Shown here one piece after another: positions 58,757 through 64,000 of a stretch of 64,000 nt of DNA (position 1 is its first letter; each line of letters begins with the position of its first letter). Position numbers and translations under genes: made by a program. Origin of the DNA: a virus. The stretch covers positions 1-64,000 of the IMG/VR virus record IMGVR_UViG_3300007513_000015. The stretch is one strand, 5' to 3'. Below the pieces are notes generated by a model. The model made no database searches. It saw only the letters and a program-made list of their open reading frames with translations, and had not been told where the DNA came from.

Positions 58757-60493
58757 ATGAGTCAGTGGATTGCGGGAATTGCTCTAGGGCATAATGCTGG
58801 CGTTTGTTTATTAAAAGATGGTGAAATTATTTTCTCTGTTGAGGAAGAAAGACTATCAAAGTTTAAGCACGACGGTGGTCCTCTTCTCAGTATGATGAAA
58901 ATCTTAGACTATACAGATAAACTTGATTATCTGATAATCTCTCATTTAATAGCTAATCCACAAGACATAAAAGAATACACGGTTTTAGAATATACTAGAG
59001 AACCTCTTTATCAAGGATTTGCCAGAAGATTAGGATTAATTGAACAATCAAAACCACTTGAAGAACAATCACCACAAGTTATCAATATGGTTGATAACCA
59101 TCATCAATGTCACTCCGCAATTGCTTTTTACAATTCTGGATTTCAGACAGCGGCGAGTGTTATTGTAGATAGCAATGGAAGTTCTAATATGTTGACGCCA
59201 AACGGAGAAATATATTATGAAACAGAATCTATTTTTGATTGTTCTTATACAAAAGGAATAAAAACATTATATAAAAAGGTTCATTGTACTAAGGGGAAAA
59301 GTTATTTATTACCAGACAATCATAATGCAGATTTGAACGAAACGTTTGAGTTAGAGGCTGATGAAGGTCCGGGCATTGGTAAAGTGTGGGATGCGGTCAC
59401 AGAGTTTTGTGGATTTCACGTAAACGAATGTGGAAAGACAATGGGATTATCTGCATACGGCGCACCAAACCCAAACTTACCAGACTTATTTCAAAATGAT
59501 ACTGCTAATAAAGATTTGATAAAAGCATTTTATCCATACAGATCCGAACTGAATACAAACAAATATAATATTTTAGATGTTTTGGAATCAGCCGATCAGG
59601 ATATGGCTTTCAAAGTACAAAAGGAAACCCAAGAACAAGTCTTAAAGTTAATTATCAAAGCATCCGAGATGAGTAACAATAAGAATGTGGTATTAAGTGG
59701 AGGCTATGCTCTCAATTGTGTTTCTAATTATTATTACTTGGATAAACTGAAAGAACACGATATTAATTTGTATGTAGAACCAAATTCGTCTGATGCTGGA
59801 ACTGCAACTGGTGCCGCCTTGTTATATCATTATCGAAAAGGTGATATAAATAAACGAAAAAGAATTGAGAGTTTATATCTAGGGCCGGAACAAAAGTATA
59901 CCGGTTACGATGTTTTTCAAATTATTGACAGTTACAATGGACAAGTGAATGATGCTTCATATAAAGAAATTGCCGAACTAATTAAAGAAGGAAATATAGT
60001 TGCTATATTTCAGGGTAGGTCTGAGATTGGACCTAGAGCATTAGGAAATAGAAGTATTTTGTTCAATCCAACCATAAAAAATGGCAAAGATATCGTAAAC
60101 AAAGTAAAGAAACGGGAATATTTTAGACCATTTGCCGCTTCAGTAATGAAAGAATATGCTCACGATTGGTTTGATATGAAAGGTTTAAAGGAGTCTCCTA
60201 ATATGATGTATGCTGTTAATGTTAAAGAAGATAAGAAAAATTTAATACCAGCAGTTTTACACGTAGATGATACTTGCAGAATACAGACCGTTAATAAAAA
60301 TGTAAATGAACATTATTATAATCTCATTGAGGAGTTTTATAAATTAACAGGTATACCGTTATTGTTCAATACTTCATTGAATCTAGCAGGAGATCCTTTA
60401 GCGGAAACTCTTAATGATGTGATGGAAATTTTAACCGATTCGGAAATAGAATATTGTTATATGCCCGAACACGCAACTTTAATTAAATTATAA
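58757..60493 (+). CDS. O-carbamoyltransferase (NodU/CmcH family) 1
   Basis: EEERLS..KH, HHQCH, GKTMGLSAYG, SGGYALNC, GPRALGNRSIL, RPFA, HVD.TCRIQTV, NTSLN. Confidence 0.92.
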   Translation: MSQWIAGIALGHNAGVCLLKDGEIIFSVEEERLSKFKHDGGPLLSMMKILDYTDKLDYLIISHLIANPQDIKEYTVLEYTREPLYQGFARRLGLIEQSKPLEEQSPQVINMVDNHHQCHSAIAFYNSGFQTAASVIVDSNGSSNMLTPNGEIYYETESIFDCSYTKGIKTLYKKVHCTKGKSYLLPDNHNADLNETFELEADEGPGIGKVWDAVTEFCGFHVNECGKTMGLSAYGAPNPNLPDLFQNDTANKDLIKAFYPYRSELNTNKYNILDVLESADQDMAFKVQKETQEQVLKLIIKASEMSNNKNVVLSGGYALNCVSNYYYLDKLKEHDINLYVEPNSSDAGTATGAALLYHYRKGDINKRKRIESLYLGPEQKYTGYDVFQIIDSYNGQVNDASYKEIAELIKEGNIVAIFQGRSEIGPRALGNRSILFNPTIKNGKDIVNKVKKREYFRPFAASVMKEYAHDWFDMKGLKESPNMMYAVNVKEDKKNLIPAVLHVDDTCRIQTVNKNVNEHYYNLIEEFYKLTGIPLLFNTSLNLAGDPLAETLNDVMEILTDSEIEYCYMPEHATLIKL

Positions 60494-60502
60494 GGATAAA
60501 AT

Positions 60503-62275
60503 ATGAGTCAGTGGATTGCGGGAATTGCTCGAGGACATAATGGCGGTATTTGTCTTTTGAAAGATGGTGAAATTGTTTTTGCTATTGAAGAAGAAAGACT
60601 ATCCCGAAGAAAATATGATGGTGGACCATTTGCATCTATAGTCAAAATTCTTGATTATACAGATAAACTAGATTATCTTGTAATATCACACACACAATCA
60701 GATGAAAGTCGTGTTGACTTTTCTGGTGATAATGTATATGCTGGTCTAGCGAGAAAACTTCGATTGATTGAATCAGAAGATCAAATTATTGATATGCATA
60801 AATGGCATCATAAAATGCACGCCGCTTGTGCTTTCTATCGTTCTGGTTTTGAATCCGCAACAGCATTGATTGTTGATGGAGCTGGCACGTTTATTCCAAT
60901 GAATATTAATATGCAACAAGAAATGACTTGGGAACTTGAAACGATTTTTGATTGTAAGTATCCGGCAGACTTCAAAACTCTTTATAAGCATCAAGGCGGG
61001 AGAGGCCCTTGGACATCTGCTCATTACACTGATATGGATTCAGAAAGAGAAGGTGAAGAAGGCACGCACGAAATGATTCTTGATGATAGTGCAGGTATTG
61101 TAAAAGCGTATGAAGCAGTAACACAATATTGTGGCTGGCAACCAATCGAGGCGGGTAAGACTATGGGGCTGTTTCCGTATGGTAAGCCGAATGATAATAT
61201 TCCTGATATCTATACAGATGGGAATGGTGGTGATTGGAAAACAACAGATAGAAATGTAATTATTCCAACATATCCCAATGGCGCGCTTGTTAACGCAGGA
61301 AGATATAAAGAATTGAGAGAGTGGAATGATGGGGATGTAACATTGCTCCAAAATCGTAGAGATATGGCATATGCGATTCAAACTGAATCGCAAGCTATGG
61401 TTCTTGATTTGATTCGTAAAGCAGTCGATAAGAGTGGAAATAAAAATGTAGTTCTTTCTGGTGGATATGGTTTGAATTGTGTAGCAAATTATTGGTATCT
61501 TGAGCAATTGAAAGATGAAGATATCAATCTATATGTTGAACCAATTTCAAATGATGCAGGAACAGCAGTTGGAGCGGCAATGTTAGCATATCATTCTATA
61601 ACAAAAGATAATAATGTACGTCCTTTTGGTGAGTCATTATTCCTTGGTCCTGTACAGAAGAACACTACAGAAGAGATTGTTGAGATTGCAAAGAATTATG
61701 GTGCAACTGGTGTATTTGATAAGCAGTATGCTCCTGATGCAGTTAAGTTGATTTTGAAAGGGAATATAGTAACACTATTCCAGGATAGATGTGAGAATGG
61801 GCCGAGAGCATTGGGCAACCGTTCTATTCTCTTTGATCCTCGTACGCTTGATGGTAAAGACTACGTGAATAAAGTCAAGCATAGAGAATACTTCCGCCCA
61901 TTTGCTGGTTCAATCTTACACGAACACGCACACGAATGGTTTGATATGAGAGGGCTTGAAGAGTCTCCACATATGATGTATGCTATGAATTGCGCTTCTG
62001 ATGAATATGCAGAACAGATTCCAGCAATCATTCACGTTGATGGTACTTGTAGAATTCAGACTGTAAAGGAACATCAAAATCCAGTCTATTATGAAATGAT
62101 TGACCACTTCTACAAAGAAACTGGAGTACCAATTCTTTTCAATACTTCTTTCAATCTTGGTGGTGAACCGCTTGTTGAAACGATTGATGATGCGATTCGT
62201 ACCCTTGCTAATAGTGATATTGAATATCTTTATATTCCAGATAATGATCTAATAATTGAGGTGAAAAACAAATGA
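60503..62275 (+). CDS. O-carbamoyltransferase (NodU/CmcH family) 2
   Basis: EEERLSRRK, HHKMH, VDGAG, GKTMGL..YG, GPRALGNRSIL, HVDGTCRIQTV, NTSFNLGGEP. Confidence 0.93.
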   Translation: MSQWIAGIARGHNGGICLLKDGEIVFAIEEERLSRRKYDGGPFASIVKILDYTDKLDYLVISHTQSDESRVDFSGDNVYAGLARKLRLIESEDQIIDMHKWHHKMHAACAFYRSGFESATALIVDGAGTFIPMNINMQQEMTWELETIFDCKYPADFKTLYKHQGGRGPWTSAHYTDMDSEREGEEGTHEMILDDSAGIVKAYEAVTQYCGWQPIEAGKTMGLFPYGKPNDNIPDIYTDGNGGDWKTTDRNVIIPTYPNGALVNAGRYKELREWNDGDVTLLQNRRDMAYAIQTESQAMVLDLIRKAVDKSGNKNVVLSGGYGLNCVANYWYLEQLKDEDINLYVEPISNDAGTAVGAAMLAYHSITKDNNVRPFGESLFLGPVQKNTTEEIVEIAKNYGATGVFDKQYAPDAVKLILKGNIVTLFQDRCENGPRALGNRSILFDPRTLDGKDYVNKVKHREYFRPFAGSILHEHAHEWFDMRGLEESPHMMYAMNCASDEYAEQIPAIIHVDGTCRIQTVKEHQNPVYYEMIDHFYKETGVPILFNTSFNLGGEPLVETIDDAIRTLANSDIEYLYIPDNDLIIEVKNK

Positions 62276-63117
62276 TAGTTGTTACAGGTGGTGCAGGCTT
62301 CATTGGAAGTCGATTGATTAAAGCATTAAATCAAGAGGGTATTGAAGATATTCTTTTAGTTGATGATTTGACAGATGGTTCTAAAGTCAACAATATTAAA
62401 GACTTGAAAATATTTGAATATACTGATAAAGATAAATTTATTGAACTTTTACCACTATTAACGGGTCAGAAATTAATAGATTGTATATATCATTTGGGTG
62501 CTGAATCTTCAACTAAATGTACTGATGGTAAATATCTAATGGATAATAATTATCAATACACTTGTAGTATATTGAGTATATGTTCTTCTGAAAACGTGCC
62601 AGTAGTATATGCTTCGTCTGCTAGTGTGTATGGTAACAGCACAACATTTAATGATAAATCTGATGATTATCAACCAAACAATATGTATGGTTTTTCTAAA
62701 CTTCTCGCTGATAAATTTGCCAGACGTTTAATGAATAATAGTAAGATTATTGGACTTCGATATTTCAATGTGTATTCAGATGGTGAGTTTGAAACCCATA
62801 AAGACGGAATGAAATCACCAACTGCTTGGTTGAAAGATCAATATGAGTCAACAGGTAAGGTTCAATTGTTTGAAGGATCAGATGAGTTCAAACGAGACTT
62901 TATAAGCATTGATATGACAATCAATAAAACCATTCAGATGATGAATTCTGGTAATTCAGGAATCTATAATATCGGCACAGGTACAGCAAGATCCTTTGTT
63001 GATATGGCCAAAACTATAGATGAAAATATTGAAATTGAATATATCCCTATGCCAGAAGATTTGAAAGAACATTATCAATCATTCACTGAGGCTGATATGA
63101 CAAATTATCCTTTTTGA
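62272..63117 (+). CDS. hldD: ADP-L-glycero-D-manno-heptose 6-epimerase
   Basis: MIVVTGGAGFIGS.LIKALN.EG..DIL.VDDL, YLMDNNY.Y, YASSA.VYG, YGFSK, GLRYFNVY. Confidence 0.88.
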   Translation: MIVVTGGAGFIGSRLIKALNQEGIEDILLVDDLTDGSKVNNIKDLKIFEYTDKDKFIELLPLLTGQKLIDCIYHLGAESSTKCTDGKYLMDNNYQYTCSILSICSSENVPVVYASSASVYGNSTTFNDKSDDYQPNNMYGFSKLLADKFARRLMNNSKIIGLRYFNVYSDGEFETHKDGMKSPTAWLKDQYESTGKVQLFEGSDEFKRDFISIDMTINKTIQMMNSGNSGIYNIGTGTARSFVDMAKTIDENIEIEYIPMPEDLKEHYQSFTEADMTNYPF

Positions 63118-63461
63118 GAATCCCCAGGTCTGATACGGTAATTATCTTCGGTAGTATCCTCACTTGATGCTTCGATAATTACCGTATCGTTTTCTAAACA
63201 AGTCACCTGATGTGGAGTCATTGGTTCAATATGAATAGTTCCCCCTTGATTCACAATCATAACTCTTGTGGATGAATCTCTCATATCCATTAATTCAACC
63301 TCAATTGCACCACTCTGGACCAACCACGTTTCAGTCTTATTCTTATGAAAATGCATTGATGATTGATGGCCCCTTCTATGAAAGTGAAGTTCTTTCATAC
63401 AATATTGCTCATTACTTTCAATGATTCGTTCGTGTCCCCATCCTTTTTCAATCTTTTCCAT
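63105..63461 (-). CDS. cupin-domain sugar isomerase-like protein
   Basis: KGWGHE...SMHFHKNKTETW.V.SG...PH. Confidence 0.75.
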   Translation of the reverse strand: MEKIEKGWGHERIIESNEQYCMKELHFHRRGHQSSMHFHKNKTETWLVQSGAIEVELMDMRDSSTRVMIVNQGGTIHIEPMTPHQVTCLENDTVIIEASSEDTTEDNYRIRPGDSQKG

Positions 63462-64000
63462 TCTTCACTCTCTCAATCGTATTAGTTGTACTCTTACCCT
63501 CAATCGTTGGAATTATCACAACATTTTCTACTAAGTCATTACCAATAACTTCATCAAAAGTGTAATCTCCTCCCTTTATCAGTATATCAGGCTCTAATGT
63601 TTTAATCAAGTCATATGGAGTATCATCTTCAAAAATAATTACACTATCGACCCCATCTATTGCTTCTAATACAGCCTTTCTCTCATACATATCATTCACT
63701 GGTTCACGCTTGATACGTCTTACTGAATTATCACTATTCAATCCTACAATCAATCTATCACCAAATCGACTTGCTTTCTGTAGAAGAGCAATATGGCCAG
63801 AATGGATGATATCAAAACAACCATTAGTAAATACCACTGTTTCTTTTACGGCAGCTTTGTCTGGGGTAGCAGTTCCTAATTTACTCACAACATTTCCAGC
63901 CGCTTTATTGGAATACTTCATTGCATTCTTAACCCCCTTCGGTAAGAAAAGAGCAAACGTAGCAATCACGGTATCTCCAGCTCCAGTAACATCTATCACT
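63448..64000 (-). CDS. hldE: bifunctional heptose-7-phosphate kinase / heptose-1-phosphate adenylyltransferase, C-terminal part (runs off the window)
   Basis: PfkB end DVTGAGDT fused to FTNGCFDIIHSGH...LIVGLNSD.SVRR.K...KGGDY...GKSTT. Confidence 0.92.
   Translation of the reverse strand, partial: VIDVTGAGDTVIATFALFLPKGVKNAMKYSNKAAGNVVSKLGTATPDKAAVKETVVFTNGCFDIIHSGHIALLQKASRFGDRLIVGLNSDNSVRRIKREPVNDMYERKAVLEAIDGVDSVIIFEDDTPYDLIKTLEPDILIKGGDYTFDEVIGNDLVENVVIIPTIEGKSTTNTIERVKNGKD

Noticed and set aside
13298-62107. Many short antisense or alternate-frame ORFs in the track (e.g. 24438-25013, 42907-43317, 61040-61507)
   Set aside because: They overlap long, motif-bearing genes and lack RBS or recognisable motifs
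58757-62275. DNA hypermodification (carbamoylation of 5hmC)
   Set aside because: Not excluded but disfavoured: no dCMP hydroxymethylase in the window, neighbours are heptose genes, and CATG avoidance suggests restriction-sensitive DNA

Overview
AT-rich segment of a large T4-like myophage genome. It runs from an early/accessory region (1-12.3 kb) through a T4-type tail and baseplate module (13.3-57.6 kb) into a sugar-modification cluster (57.7-64 kb). The early region carries a metallophosphoesterase, an HD-domain SpoT/MESH1-like hydrolase, a circularly permuted (two-piece) tmRNA with tag ANDSYYALAA, an Hsp20 gene with a ROSE-like leader, DsbA, a gp23/gp24 paralog, gp33, gp59, thyX and gp32. 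The structural region encodes a tape measure-like protein, gp51, gp26, gp54, gp2, gp4, gp48, gp53, a hub protein, gp5, PAAR, gp25, gp6, gp7, gp8 and a VrlC-like protein. The most unusual feature is that three giant late structural proteins are loaded with metal/redox modules: a glucose/sorbosone-dehydrogenase (PQQ-GDH/HHIP-like) beta-propeller inside gp7, cupredoxin domains, many repeats each carrying three HxH motifs, and a shared Cys-x-Cys-Trp repeat. Two Cys-rich adhesin/chaperone pairs follow, then a GT9-like glycosyltransferase, two carbamoyltransferases and ADP-heptose pathway genes (hldD, cupin, hldE). Other signals are a probable -1 frameshift joining gp26 and gp51, strong CATG avoidance, consensus sigma70-type early promoters and TATAAATA late promoters. 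All assignments come from motif recognition by eye; no database searches were run.
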